Shown: positions 1 through 8,908, counted from the first letter of the stretch. The stretch: 64,000 nt of DNA from Burkholderiales bacterium (GCA_019747905.1 JAIEQG010000087.1:71905-135904), one strand, 5' to 3'. The notes: a model not told the origin generated them from the sequence alone. Numbers and translations are program-made.

Positions 1-1
1 G

Positions 2-346
2 GCGGGCCAGCCGGAACTGGAGCAGGCGATCCGCTTTCTCGTGGGTGTCTCGCCCGCGATGCTGCAGCGAACCTATGTCGCCGACCCGACGCGTGTGAAC
101 CTCGCCAAGCGCACCGGCCCCTCGACGCCCATGGCGTGCATGATCTGCGCCGGCGTGGCCGCGACCGAAGCGGTGAAGCTGATGCTGGGCCGGGGCGACA
201 TCATCGCGGCACCGAGAGGGTTCCACTACGACGCCTACCGCAACAAGTACGTGAAGACGTGGCGGCCGTGGGGCCACCGCAATCCGATCACGCGGGTGAT
301 GCTGGCGATCATCAAGGCGCAGTTGCGGCGTATGGGGGCGATGTGA
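2..346 (+). CDS. 3' part of a ThiF/MoeB-like (E1-type) adenylyltransferase-family gene; 5' end lies upstream of the window
   Basis: Frame 2 is open from base 2 (AGQPELEQAIRFLVGVSPAM...) to TGA at 344-346, so the listed 41..346 ORF is only the tail of a longer gene. The tail ...STPMACMICAGVAATEAVKLMLGRG... resembles the distal part of a ThiF-type fold. Family call is by eye only. Confidence 0.4.
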   Translation, partial: AGQPELEQAIRFLVGVSPAMLQRTYVADPTRVNLAKRTGPSTPMACMICAGVAATEAVKLMLGRGDIIAAPRGFHYDAYRNKYVKTWRPWGHRNPITRVMLAIIKAQLRRMGAM

Positions 347-390
347 TGCGGCAGCGTTCTGGTCTCGCGACGAGCTTGCCCGCACCCTGA

Positions 391-424
391 CCCTCCCCCA
401 CGAGCATGCGCTCGTGGGGGAGGG
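391..424. repeat. GC-rich extragenic palindrome (15-bp stem, 4-nt loop)
   Basis: CCCTCCCCCACGAGC-atgc-GCTCGTGGGGGAGGG is a perfect inverted repeat. It sits in the 324-bp gap between two convergent genes. Confidence 0.8.
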
Positions 425-491
425 GATGTCGCGAGTGGGAGGTACTTCGCGTGCGGTGACGGATCGCGCGCCGGCGCTTCCGAAGTACGCT

Positions 492-518
492 CCCTCCCCC
501 GGCTACGCCGGGGGAGGG
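492..518. repeat. GC-rich extragenic palindrome (11-bp stem), same arm core as 391-424
   Basis: CCCTCCCCCGG-ctacg-CCGGGGGAGGG. It shares the CCCTCCCCC/GGGGGAGGG arms with the first hairpin and is followed by GGGGAGGGTTGGGGTGGGGG (511-530). Confidence 0.75.
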
Positions 519-670
519 TTGGGGTGGGGGCAAGCCATCGTGCCCATGCAGGCCGACGATATCTCGCGCAACCGACCGCGTCTGGTGTGTCAGCCCTCGC
601 CGGGCCGCCCCAAGAGGGCTGGCCCCCTCGGGGGGAGAGGCCCGCAGGCCTATCGGGGGGGGGCCTCACC

Positions 671-2272
671 TCAGAAATCGTACCGCGTCTCGACGTACAC
701 ACGATCGCGGTCGCGGTAGCGGCCGATGAAACCGGTGATCGGGCCCTCGAAGATGTCGACGCCGAAAGCCACGCGCAGATTGGGTTGCAGCTTCCAGATG
801 AGCCGCGGGCGTGACAGGTACTCGCGCCGGTTGAGGCTCTGAATGTGCAGGATCTCCGCTTCCCACTTCGAGAACAGCTTCACGTTGAGCAGGAAGCTCA
901 TCCCGCTTTCGACTCGGTCGAAGTAAAGATCGGGGTCGTGCTCGCGGTAGATCCGCTGGAAGCCCTGCACGTTGAGCCGGGTATCGCGCGGCAACGTGAA
1001 GTCGAAGCCGAGTACCCAGTCCCAGGTGTCCTGTCGGACCAGTCCGGTCGGTTCGCTGGTGCGGGTTACGTTGAAACTGCGGCCATCGGTGTAGATGACT
1101 TCACCTTTGAGCACGGCCGGACCGAGGTCCTTGGACAAGGTGCCGCCCGCCTGCCAGATGCGATCGTGGCGCGCCTGCCAGGTGACCGTCGGCACGGGTG
1201 CGACGACGATCTCGCGCTGGAAAGTAGCGGAGGCATCCGTGCTGCGGTAGTAGAACGCAGTCAGGTCCCAACCAGCCTTGAGCGTGGAGGCGCGCGCCCC
1301 GTAGTTGGAGTTGTTGAGATCACGGTCGGGAATGACCTCGGCGCGAAATTGCTGCTGGAAGCCGGGCGGCGGCGGCGCCTGGATCGGGAAGAACTCCGAT
1401 CCGGGTTTGCCGATGTTGTCGTAGCTGTTGTACGGGATCCAGATCACCTCGAGGTGCGAGTCGCCGGCGAAGTATTCGGCGCGCGCCGCCCATTGAGGAA
1501 TGCGGATGATGTCGAACGTGGGCAGCACGAAGGAGCGCAGGTCCTTGGCCGAGACGACGTCGGCGAAGAACAGGCCCACCATCTCGCCCCAGACGATGTT
1601 CTGGCGGCCGAGCCTCAGGTCGACCGGTCCGGCGCTCGTGTCGACATAGGTTTCGCCGACGAGGAAGTCGGTGCGCTGGTCGCGCTTGACCTCGTCGTTG
1701 TAGAAGCCGGAGTTGAAGTACACCGGGTCGACGTCCCCGCGGATCGTCGCTTTCCACTTGAGATTGGCGCCCAGCTGACCCGACGCGCCCACCTGGCCCC
1801 GGAACACGCCGCGCGACCAGTGCGACGGGTCGGCATACGTATAGGCCGTCTCCTGCTGGACGAAGCCCTTGAACTTGATGCTCGCCGGGCGTGCTTCCGG
1901 TTCCTTGGTCTTGGCGGCCGCTGCGGTACCGAAGAGTTCATCCTTGCTCGAGGGAGCCGTGTCGCCGAACAACTCGTCCTTGGACGACGGCGCCTTGGGT
2001 TCCGTTTTGGCGGCGGGTGCGGCAGCTGGCGCAGCGGTTGGTGCCGCCGGCTTGGTGGTGCCGAACAGGTCGTCCTTGCTGAGCGGCAGATCCTCTTGCG
2101 CTGCCTTCGCCGGGGCCGGCTTGGGCTGCGCGGGTTTCTTCTTGGGATCGGTCTGCGCCACCCGGGCCGGTTTCTTGGCCTCGGCGCCCCACGACGCGGC
2201 GGGCAAGGCGACAGCGATGGCGATCAGAAGCAGCGCAAGCGATCTCGGCATGGAGCGGTCCTGGGTGTGCAT
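671..2272 (-). CDS. Putative outer-membrane beta-barrel protein (DUF1302-like)
   Basis: 533-codon ORF. MPRSLALLLIAIAVALPAASWGA looks like a Sec signal peptide (alternative start at Met8, 2251). A Pro/Ala/Lys-rich linker carries three S(S)KD[DE]LFG motifs. The rest is rich in short aromatic/polar alternations and ends ...VYVETRYDF, a C-terminal Phe typical of OM barrels. Family name is by resemblance only. Confidence 0.55.
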   Translation of the reverse strand: MHTQDRSMPRSLALLLIAIAVALPAASWGAEAKKPARVAQTDPKKKPAQPKPAPAKAAQEDLPLSKDDLFGTTKPAAPTAAPAAAPAAKTEPKAPSSKDELFGDTAPSSKDELFGTAAAAKTKEPEARPASIKFKGFVQQETAYTYADPSHWSRGVFRGQVGASGQLGANLKWKATIRGDVDPVYFNSGFYNDEVKRDQRTDFLVGETYVDTSAGPVDLRLGRQNIVWGEMVGLFFADVVSAKDLRSFVLPTFDIIRIPQWAARAEYFAGDSHLEVIWIPYNSYDNIGKPGSEFFPIQAPPPPGFQQQFRAEVIPDRDLNNSNYGARASTLKAGWDLTAFYYRSTDASATFQREIVVAPVPTVTWQARHDRIWQAGGTLSKDLGPAVLKGEVIYTDGRSFNVTRTSEPTGLVRQDTWDWVLGFDFTLPRDTRLNVQGFQRIYREHDPDLYFDRVESGMSFLLNVKLFSKWEAEILHIQSLNRREYLSRPRLIWKLQPNLRVAFGVDIFEGPITGFIGRYRDRDRVYVETRYDF

Positions 2273-2307
2273 TTCAGCCCTTGCGGCCTCTCGGGAGGAA
2301 CTTCACG

Positions 2308-3066
2308 TCAAGTCTCGGCCGGCACGGGCGCGGCGGTGCGTCTTGGCACGGGGGTGGTCTGCCACTGACCGTCCTTGCGGACGCCGAGCAGGCGCATCAC
2401 CCCGTCCTCGATGGTGACAAGGCGGTCGGCAGCGTCGATCACCTTCTTGTCGTGGGTGGAGAAGATGAAGGTGGTACGGGAGCGGCGATTGATGTCGCGC
2501 ATGAGCGCGAGGATGCCCTCGCCGGTCTTGTGATCGAGGTTGGCGGTGGGTTCGTCGGCCAGCACGATCTCGGGTTTCGTGACCAATGCACGAGCGATCG
2601 CGACGCGTTGCCGCTGGCCACCGGAGAGTTGGTTGGGCCGGTGCTTGCCGAACTTCTCGAGGCCGACCATCTGCAGCATCGCGTTGACGCGCTCTGCGCG
2701 ATCCTCCTTGTCGAGTTCCGGCATCTGCAGCAGGGGATACTCGACGTTCTCGAAGGCCGTAAGAACCGGAAAGAGGTTGAAGGTCTGGAAGACGAAACCG
2801 ATGTTGCGGGCGCGCAGGTTGGCGAGCTGGTCGGGCGTGCGGCCCGACACGTCGTGGCCGGCGATGGCAACCTTTCCCTTGGACGGGGTGTCGATGCAAC
2901 CGATGATGTTGAGCAGGGTGGACTTGCCGCTGCCGGACGGGCCGGCGATGGCCAGGAAGACGCCGCGCTCCACCGTGAGGGTTACATCGTCCAGGGCGAG
3001 CACTGTGTGCTCCCCCAGCCGGTACTCCTTGGTGACTCTATCGACTTCGACGACCGGCTCAGCCAT
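2308..3066 (-). CDS. ABC transporter ATP-binding protein, LolD/MacB-like subfamily
   Basis: Walker [10 protein letters not shown], signature [15 protein letters not shown], Walker [14 protein letters not shown]-loop FSTHD. The N-terminal pattern VTKEY..G...V.AL..V.L.V..G is typical of the LolD/MacB/FtsE group. Confidence 0.9.
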   Translation of the reverse strand: MAEPVVEVDRVTKEYRLGEHTVLALDDVTLTVERGVFLAIAGPSGSGKSTLLNIIGCIDTPSKGKVAIAGHDVSGRTPDQLANLRARNIGFVFQTFNLFPVLTAFENVEYPLLQMPELDKEDRAERVNAMLQMVGLEKFGKHRPNQLSGGQRQRVAIARALVTKPEIVLADEPTANLDHKTGEGILALMRDINRRSRTTFIFSTHDKKVIDAADRLVTIEDGVMRLLGVRKDGQWQTTPVPRRTAAPVPAET

Positions 3067-3134
3067 GGGTTTTCGTGGTACTTGAGGTTTTTGGAATTAT
3101 CATACTGAGCCACAAGGAAAAAGACGAGACGACA

Positions 3135-3920
3135 ATGTTACGGATCCCGGCCTTTCAGCGGCTCGCCAGGCACCTCACGTGTGCGGCGGCCGTTTCAATG
3201 CTCTTTTCGGCGGTTCCCGGAGTTTCTCAAGCCGAGGAGGATCCGGACGCTGCCGCCCGCGCCATCCTCCAGAGGTCCGACGAGATCCGCTTCCCGGTGA
3301 CGGGCTTCGAAGTGGCGGTCCGGATCCGCTCGATAGACGCGGGCGGCGCCCCGGAGGTGCGCGAGTTCAAGGTGCTGTCAAAGGGCAACGAGAACACCAT
3401 CGTCCTCACCACCTCGCCGGCGTCCGAGCGAGGGCAGATCCTGCTCATGAAGGCCCGCGACCTCTGGTTGTTCGTGCCAAACGTGTCGCAGCCCGTGCGT
3501 CTGTCGCTGTCGCAACGCCTGACGGGGGTGGTTTCCAATGGAGACATCGCCCGGGCCAATTTCAGTGGCGACTACACGCCCAAGCTGGTCGGGAGCGAGA
3601 CCATCGAGGGGCAGGCCTACCATGTGCTTGAGCTGACGGCGATCGATCGTGCGGTCACCTACCAGAAGGTCAAGTATTGGGTGAAGCAGTCCAGCAACGC
3701 GCCGCTCAAGGCCGAGTTCTACTCGCTGTCGGGGCGTCTCCTCAAGACCTGCAGCTACGAAGACTACAAGCAGCTCGGCGGCAAGGTGCGGCCGACCAAG
3801 CTCGTGATGGTCGACGCGCTCAAGGAAGAGACCCGGTCCTTCATGGACTACGAGGACATGAAGAATCGCGAATTGCCGGACAAGGTGTTCACCAAGGAGT
3901 ACTTGAAGAAGCTGGAGTGA
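3135..3920 (+). CDS. LolA-like outer-membrane lipoprotein-sorting (carrier) protein family
   Basis: I chose the ATG at 3135 (MLRIPAFQRL...AVSMLFSAVPGVSQA signal peptide) rather than the listed 3075. The mature part (ILQRSDEIRFP..GFEV.V.I......EVREFKVLSKGNENTIVLTTSPASERGQILLMKARDLWLFVPNVSQPVRLS..QRLTG.VSNGDIARANF) matches my memory of the LolA_like / lipoprotein-sorting family. Confidence 0.65.
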   Translation: MLRIPAFQRLARHLTCAAAVSMLFSAVPGVSQAEEDPDAAARAILQRSDEIRFPVTGFEVAVRIRSIDAGGAPEVREFKVLSKGNENTIVLTTSPASERGQILLMKARDLWLFVPNVSQPVRLSLSQRLTGVVSNGDIARANFSGDYTPKLVGSETIEGQAYHVLELTAIDRAVTYQKVKYWVKQSSNAPLKAEFYSLSGRLLKTCSYEDYKQLGGKVRPTKLVMVDALKEETRSFMDYEDMKNRELPDKVFTKEYLKKLE

Positions 3921-4017
3921 CCCGCGGGGTCGATTTTCGCCTCGGGAGCGCCGCGATCAGCGGCGCTGCCGGCCCGTCCGTCCCAAGAAACCCCGGTTGC
4001 GCGCCGTGGATCACGCC

Positions 4018-6816
4018 ATGACCAGAAATTCAGCCCTGCTCGCTGTTGCCCTGCTGCTAGCCTGCCCCGCCGGGGCCTGGGCGCGCGAGGACAAGGCCGC
4101 AGGCTTCTACGAAGACGCCCTGACCCGCCTGGATAAGCAGGACGAGGCCGGCGCGATCATCCAACTCAAGAATGCCTTACAGGCCGACCCGAGAATGGTC
4201 TCGGCACATCTACTGCTCGGCCGCGCCTATCTCCAGAGCGGTGTGCCCGACGCCGCCCAGGAATCGCTCGAAACGGCGCAACGGCTGGGTGCGGATCGGA
4301 GCCAGGTGGCGCTTCTGCTCGCGCGGGCCATGGTGGATCAGGGTAAGGCGAAGGAGGTCATCGATCGCTTTCCACCGGAAGTCGTGCCGCCCAACGAGCG
4401 GGTGGACCTGTTGGTGGTACGGGGCGAGGCATACCGGCAACAGGCAGACATGCGAGCGGCAACCCAAAGCTACGAAGCTGCGCGGGCGTTCGATCCGCTT
4501 TCCGTTACTGCCGCCCTAGCCTTGGCCGATGCCTATGCCAAGCAGGGGCGAGAAGCGGAGGCGGGCAGACTTGCCGACGAAGCGGTGTCCCGGTCGCCAG
4601 GCGAGGCCCGCGTCTGGTACACGAAGGGTTCGGTGTTGCACGCTTCGCGCAACTTCGACGGAGCCTTGGCAGCCTATGCTCAGGCGATCAAACTGCAACC
4701 GAAACATGTCGATGCTCGTCTTGCCCGTGTCTCCTTGTTGTTCGATCTGGGACGGGACAAGGAGGCGCTGCCCGATCTCGACTACCTCAAGAAGGAAGTC
4801 CCGCAGGAGCCCCGCGGTGCCTACTACCGGGCGCTGAATGCGACGCGGACAGGCGATGCGAAGGGGACGCACGACTCGCTGACCGAGGTTACCGCGCTGC
4901 TCGATCCGGTCCCGGCCGACGTGCTGCGCGCCCGGGCTCCTGAGCTGTTGATGATCGGGGCACTTGCCCATCACGGTCTGAACGAGCAGGAAAAGGCCAT
5001 TCGCTATCTGGAAGCCTTCCTGCAGGGCAGCCCCACAAGTGCCGGGGCTCGCAAGCTCCTGGCATCGATTCACATCGGAAGGCGTGAATTCAACCGTGCA
5101 ATCGACATACTCGAGGTGGGGCAACGACATGCCCCGAGGGACCCGCAATTGTTGGCGCTGCTGGCTAGCGCCTACATGGCAGTCGGCAAGAATCAGATGG
5201 CCGCGCGTTTCCTCGAGCGCGCGATGGAGAAGGGCGGCGATTCGCCCGAGGTGAATGCAACCCTCGGCTTCAACCTCCTGCAGAATGGTCAGCAGGACCT
5301 CGGCATCCAGTACCTGCAGAAGGCGTTCGACAAGGACCCGACGCGCGGCAACCTGGGCACGTCGCTCGTGGCACTCTACATTCGGCGATCCGAGCCCAAG
5401 AAGGCTCTGGCGATAGCGGAACGGCTACTGCAGCGCCAACCCGACAATGCCATGGTCCTGAACTTGATGGGGGCAGCCAAGTCCGCACTCGGCGACAAGG
5501 CCGGTGCGCGGGTTGCCTATGAAAAGGCGGCAAAATCTGACCCCGGCTTGTCCGCGGCGCGCTTGAACCTGGCCAAACTTGATCTGGCCGATCGCAATTT
5601 CGACGCCGCCCGAACGCGGCTTCTGGCACTGAACAAAGCCCAAGCCAAGGATCCTCAGCCTATGTACGAGCTGGCGCGGCTCGAGAGCATGGCCGGACGG
5701 CCAGTCGAGGCGACCCGCTGGCTCGAGCGGCTGCGGGCGGCTGATCCGGGACATATTCCTGGTGGGTTGCTGCTTGCGGAACTCTTCATGCAGGGCGAGC
5801 AGCCAAAGAAGGCGCTGGAGGTCCTCCAGGCGCTGCAGCCAGGGGCTCAGAACAATCTCGACGTCAATGGAGCGCTGGCGGCGGCGCTCATCGTTAACGA
5901 CGATCCCAAGGGTGCCCAGACGATATTGGCCCGAATGACCCGTGTGGCCGAGTACGACCCGGCGTGGCAGCATCGCATCGCGCAGTTGCAGGTTCGGGCA
6001 GGCAACACGCAGGGAGCTGTCTACAGCCTCGACAAGGCGCTGGAGGCAGACACCAAGTATCTACCCGCGCGCGTATTACAAGTGGAGATCGACGTCAGTG
6101 AAAACCGACTCGACCAAGCCGAGTCGCGGGCGCGTGCTTTGTTGGCCACGCATCCGGCAGAGGGCGAAGGCTATCGGCTTCTAGGAGACGTGTCTGTTCG
6201 GCGCGGGAGGTTCCAGGATGCCGCGGGTTTCTACCGTACTGCGCTAGGCAAGGCGCCCGTGACACCGAACGCCCTACGGGTCTACAACGCCGTCCTTGCC
6301 AGTGGTGACGGCAAGGGAGCTACGGCGTTCCTCGAAAACTGGATCAAGTCGCATCCTGACCCGATTGCCGGTCAAGCGCTTGCCGAAGGGTATCTCCGAC
6401 TCGGAGACCTTCAGGCGGCCAAGCTGCGATACGAGGCGCTGGTCAAGTCAGGCAACGAGGTACCCGGTGTCCTGAACAATCTCGCCATCATCTCCGATCG
6501 CCTCGGGAACGGGGAAAAGGCCGTCGAATATGCCCAGCGCGCCGTCAAGATAGCGCCCGGCAACCCCGGGATTCTCGATACATTGGGCTGGCTGCTGGTC
6601 AGACGAGGGGATTTCGACGCCGGACTCAAATCCCTGCGCGAAGCCAGAGTTCGTGACCCACGCAATCCCGAGATACGATTCCACCTGGCCAGTGCCCTGG
6701 CGATGGGCGGCCGCAACGTTGAGGCCCGTCAAGAACTTACGCTGCTCCTGTCGGATTCACCATCGTTCCCGGGCGCCAGCGATGCCCGTGCGTTGCTGAA
6801 AGAACTCGGAGGTTGA
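4018..6816 (+). CDS. prsT: PEP-CTERM system TPR-repeat lipoprotein (PrsT-like)
   Basis: About 930 aa made almost entirely of TPR-like helical repeats (recurrent A..Y..AL..-P....A...LA motifs). The N-terminus MTRNSALLAVALLLAC has a lipobox (LLAC). Size, lipobox and all-TPR build match TIGR02917 PrsT, and PEP-CTERM genes are nearby. ATG 4018 is preferred over the listed TTG 3997. Confidence 0.7.
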   Translation: MTRNSALLAVALLLACPAGAWAREDKAAGFYEDALTRLDKQDEAGAIIQLKNALQADPRMVSAHLLLGRAYLQSGVPDAAQESLETAQRLGADRSQVALLLARAMVDQGKAKEVIDRFPPEVVPPNERVDLLVVRGEAYRQQADMRAATQSYEAARAFDPLSVTAALALADAYAKQGREAEAGRLADEAVSRSPGEARVWYTKGSVLHASRNFDGALAAYAQAIKLQPKHVDARLARVSLLFDLGRDKEALPDLDYLKKEVPQEPRGAYYRALNATRTGDAKGTHDSLTEVTALLDPVPADVLRARAPELLMIGALAHHGLNEQEKAIRYLEAFLQGSPTSAGARKLLASIHIGRREFNRAIDILEVGQRHAPRDPQLLALLASAYMAVGKNQMAARFLERAMEKGGDSPEVNATLGFNLLQNGQQDLGIQYLQKAFDKDPTRGNLGTSLVALYIRRSEPKKALAIAERLLQRQPDNAMVLNLMGAAKSALGDKAGARVAYEKAAKSDPGLSAARLNLAKLDLADRNFDAARTRLLALNKAQAKDPQPMYELARLESMAGRPVEATRWLERLRAADPGHIPGGLLLAELFMQGEQPKKALEVLQALQPGAQNNLDVNGALAAALIVNDDPKGAQTILARMTRVAEYDPAWQHRIAQLQVRAGNTQGAVYSLDKALEADTKYLPARVLQVEIDVSENRLDQAESRARALLATHPAEGEGYRLLGDVSVRRGRFQDAAGFYRTALGKAPVTPNALRVYNAVLASGDGKGATAFLENWIKSHPDPIAGQALAEGYLRLGDLQAAKLRYEALVKSGNEVPGVLNNLAIISDRLGNGEKAVEYAQRAVKIAPGNPGILDTLGWLLVRRGDFDAGLKSLREARVRDPRNPEIRFHLASALAMGGRNVEARQELTLLLSDSPSFPGASDARALLKELGG

Positions 6817-6896
6817 GTGTCGAAAGTGTTTACAGCGCTATTCATGCAACCGCATTGATGGCCGACAAATCCTTGTTGTTTTGAGAGATTTTGCAC

Positions 6897-6912
6897 TGGC
6901 TTGTGGCTTGCT
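6897..6912 (+). promoter_or_regulatory. Putative sigma54 (RpoN) -24/-12 promoter of PEP-CTERM gene 1
   Basis: TGGCttgtggcTTGCT compared with consensus TGGCACG-N4-TTGCW, with correct GG/GC spacing. It ends 47 nt upstream of GTG 6959, with a GGGGGA RBS in between. The same element occurs at the same distance before the second PEP-CTERM gene (49493-49508). Confidence 0.65.
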
Positions 6913-6958
6913 TTACGGGTGGCTAGCCAAACCACGAATTCTGGGCGGGGGATAGACC

Positions 6959-7873
6959 GTGAATCTGAAGCGAATCTTTGTGACGTCGATCGGCGTGCTG
7001 GCACTGGGGTCTGGCGGCCTGGTGCAAGCGGCTACGACTTATAACTGGACCTGGTCCACGACGCTGTCTGGGAACCCACCCGCCGACAATACGACTTGGA
7101 CTCCATCGACAACGACCGGCGACTGGTGCAGCGGAATGAATTCCGCGTCCATGTCGACCTACGGCAATTGCGCGCGCTTCGGTGGTTCCGAGACCCCCGC
7201 AGGTTCCCTGACCAACGTCCTGCAGGTCAAGGCCTACTCGAACACAGGGGCAGGCAGTTCTCAGAGCACCTACGACATCGAAAGTGCCTACCTCGCCTTC
7301 TGGGGTTCGAGCGGCATGGGCGTTGTCAATCGGAATACAGGCGGTTCGGATCCGCCCGAGGGTGCAACGGGCGGGCCAACTCCGAGCAGCACCTCGCCCG
7401 AGCATTCGATCGACAACAACGGCCGCTACGATATGATTCTGCTGACGTTCGATCGTGCCGTCAGCTTGACGGGGGTCGATATTGGCTGGAGCGAGAACGA
7501 TAGCGACATCACCGTGATGGCACTCGGTGGCAGCTACTCGGAACTGGCGGGCAAGGATTACGGCAGCCTGGCCGCAGCGGGCTGGTCGTATGTGGGCCAT
7601 TTCGCCAACGCCGACGTTTCCGGGGCCTACTCGATCGCATCCGCCACGCAGGGGATCGAGTCGCGCTATTGGCTGGTAGGTGCGCGCAACCCGGCAGTTG
7701 GTGGTGCGTCGGGTGATTCCTACAAGGATTACATCAAGATCAAGGGTTTCACCGCCACGGAGAAGTACGGCAACAAGGTGCCCGAACCTGGCGCAATGTC
7801 GATAGCCTTGATCGCACTGGCCAGCGGTGCCTTCGTCACACTACGTCGTCGTAGCCGGCGCGTGGCGGACTAA
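6959..7873 (+). CDS. PEP-CTERM sorting-domain protein (exosortase substrate) 1
   Basis: Signal peptide MNLKRIFVTSIGVLALGSGGLVQA. The C-terminus ...KVPEPGAMSIALIALASGAFVTLRRRSRRVAD has the VPEP motif, a TM helix and an Arg cluster, which is the PEP-CTERM signature. The N-terminal region is Thr/Ser/Trp-rich. Confidence 0.85.
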   Translation: MNLKRIFVTSIGVLALGSGGLVQAATTYNWTWSTTLSGNPPADNTTWTPSTTTGDWCSGMNSASMSTYGNCARFGGSETPAGSLTNVLQVKAYSNTGAGSSQSTYDIESAYLAFWGSSGMGVVNRNTGGSDPPEGATGGPTPSSTSPEHSIDNNGRYDMILLTFDRAVSLTGVDIGWSENDSDITVMALGGSYSELAGKDYGSLAAAGWSYVGHFANADVSGAYSIASATQGIESRYWLVGARNPAVGGASGDSYKDYIKIKGFTATEKYGNKVPEPGAMSIALIALASGAFVTLRRRSRRVAD

Positions 7874-8016
7874 CAGCCGGATCTCGACGACGGCGGGTCG
7901 TTCATTTCGGTACGACCTGTAAATGCTTGTGGCCGGCCGCCGCCCGCCCATATGACTTTCAGGTACGTGAACAGCGGAAGCTAGACTTCACTTAGACCTA
8001 TAGTCAACCCGGCGCC

Positions 8017-8908
8017 TCACAAAGCGTCCCTTTCAAAGGCCTCGGGACTGACGCCACCTAGATGGCTGTGACATCGGGTTCGATTGTAGAAGATCTTGAT
8101 GTAGTCGAAGACGTCGGTCCGGGCCAGCTCCCGGGTCTTGTAGATGCGCTTGCCGATGCGCTCCTTCTTCAACCTGCTGAATAAGGACTCGGCGACGGAA
8201 TTGTCCCAGCAATTGCCGCGACGGCTCATGCTCGGCTCCAGTTGATGAGCTCGGCAGAAGCGCTGCCAGTCATCGATGCCGTATTGCGTGCCCTGTCGGA
8301 ATGGACGATGACCGGCTGTGCTGGCTTGCGCCGCCACAGCGCCATCAGCAGAGCATCCAGGACCAGTTCGCGTGCCAGGGTCGGCTTCATCGACCAGCCC
8401 ACGACCTTGCGGGCATACAGGTCCAGGACAGCGGCCAGACAGAGCCAGCCCTGGCAGGTTCGGATGTAGGTGATGTCGGTAACCCAGACCCGGTCCGGCG
8501 CATCGACCGTGACCTCGCGATTGAGTCGGTTCGGCGAAAGGAGCGAGGGCCGGCCGGCCACCGGGCGGGGAGCCTTGTAGCCGCGCAGCGCCCTGATCTT
8601 GTTGACCCGCATGATACGAGCGACGCGATGCTTGCCTCAGGTGTCGCCGGCTTCACGCAGATCGCCGAATACCCGCGGCGAGCCGTACACGCCGCCGCTG
8701 GCTGCATACGAATCGCGAATGACGCCCAGCAGTCGCTGGTCGTCGCTCGCCCGATCCGACAACGGCTTGTGCAACCATCGATAGAAGCCGGCAAGTGCCA
8801 CCTGCAGAACCCGGCACATCGTGGCGATGCGGAATTCATGGCGGTGATCGTTGATGAATCGGTACTTTACTCGGGCTCCTTGGCAAAGTACCGCGCGGCC
8901 CTTTTTAG
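8017..8908 (-). pseudogene. IS3-family orfB (DDE transposase) with one nonsense codon and one frameshift
   Basis: An in-frame TGA at 8639-8637 sits where family members have Cys (...REAGDT*GKHRVARIMR...). A 1-nt deletion near 8293-8299 changes the expected HSDQGTQY to HSDRARNT, and the correct frame resumes as GTQYGIDDWQRFCRAH... Confidence 0.8.

Noticed and set aside
3075-4017. Upstream starts given by the ORF track for the LolA-like gene (3075), prsT (TTG 3997), the binding protein (10966), grxD (53736), prfA (51465) and the ABC ATPase and permease (11952, 12290).
   Set aside because: The downstream starts produce proper signal peptides or lipoboxes (3135, 4018, 10996). Others follow a good RBS (53853) or create start/stop overlaps typical of coupled genes (12009, 12821, 51726). 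The upstream extensions are out-of-context Arg/Gly-rich sequence.
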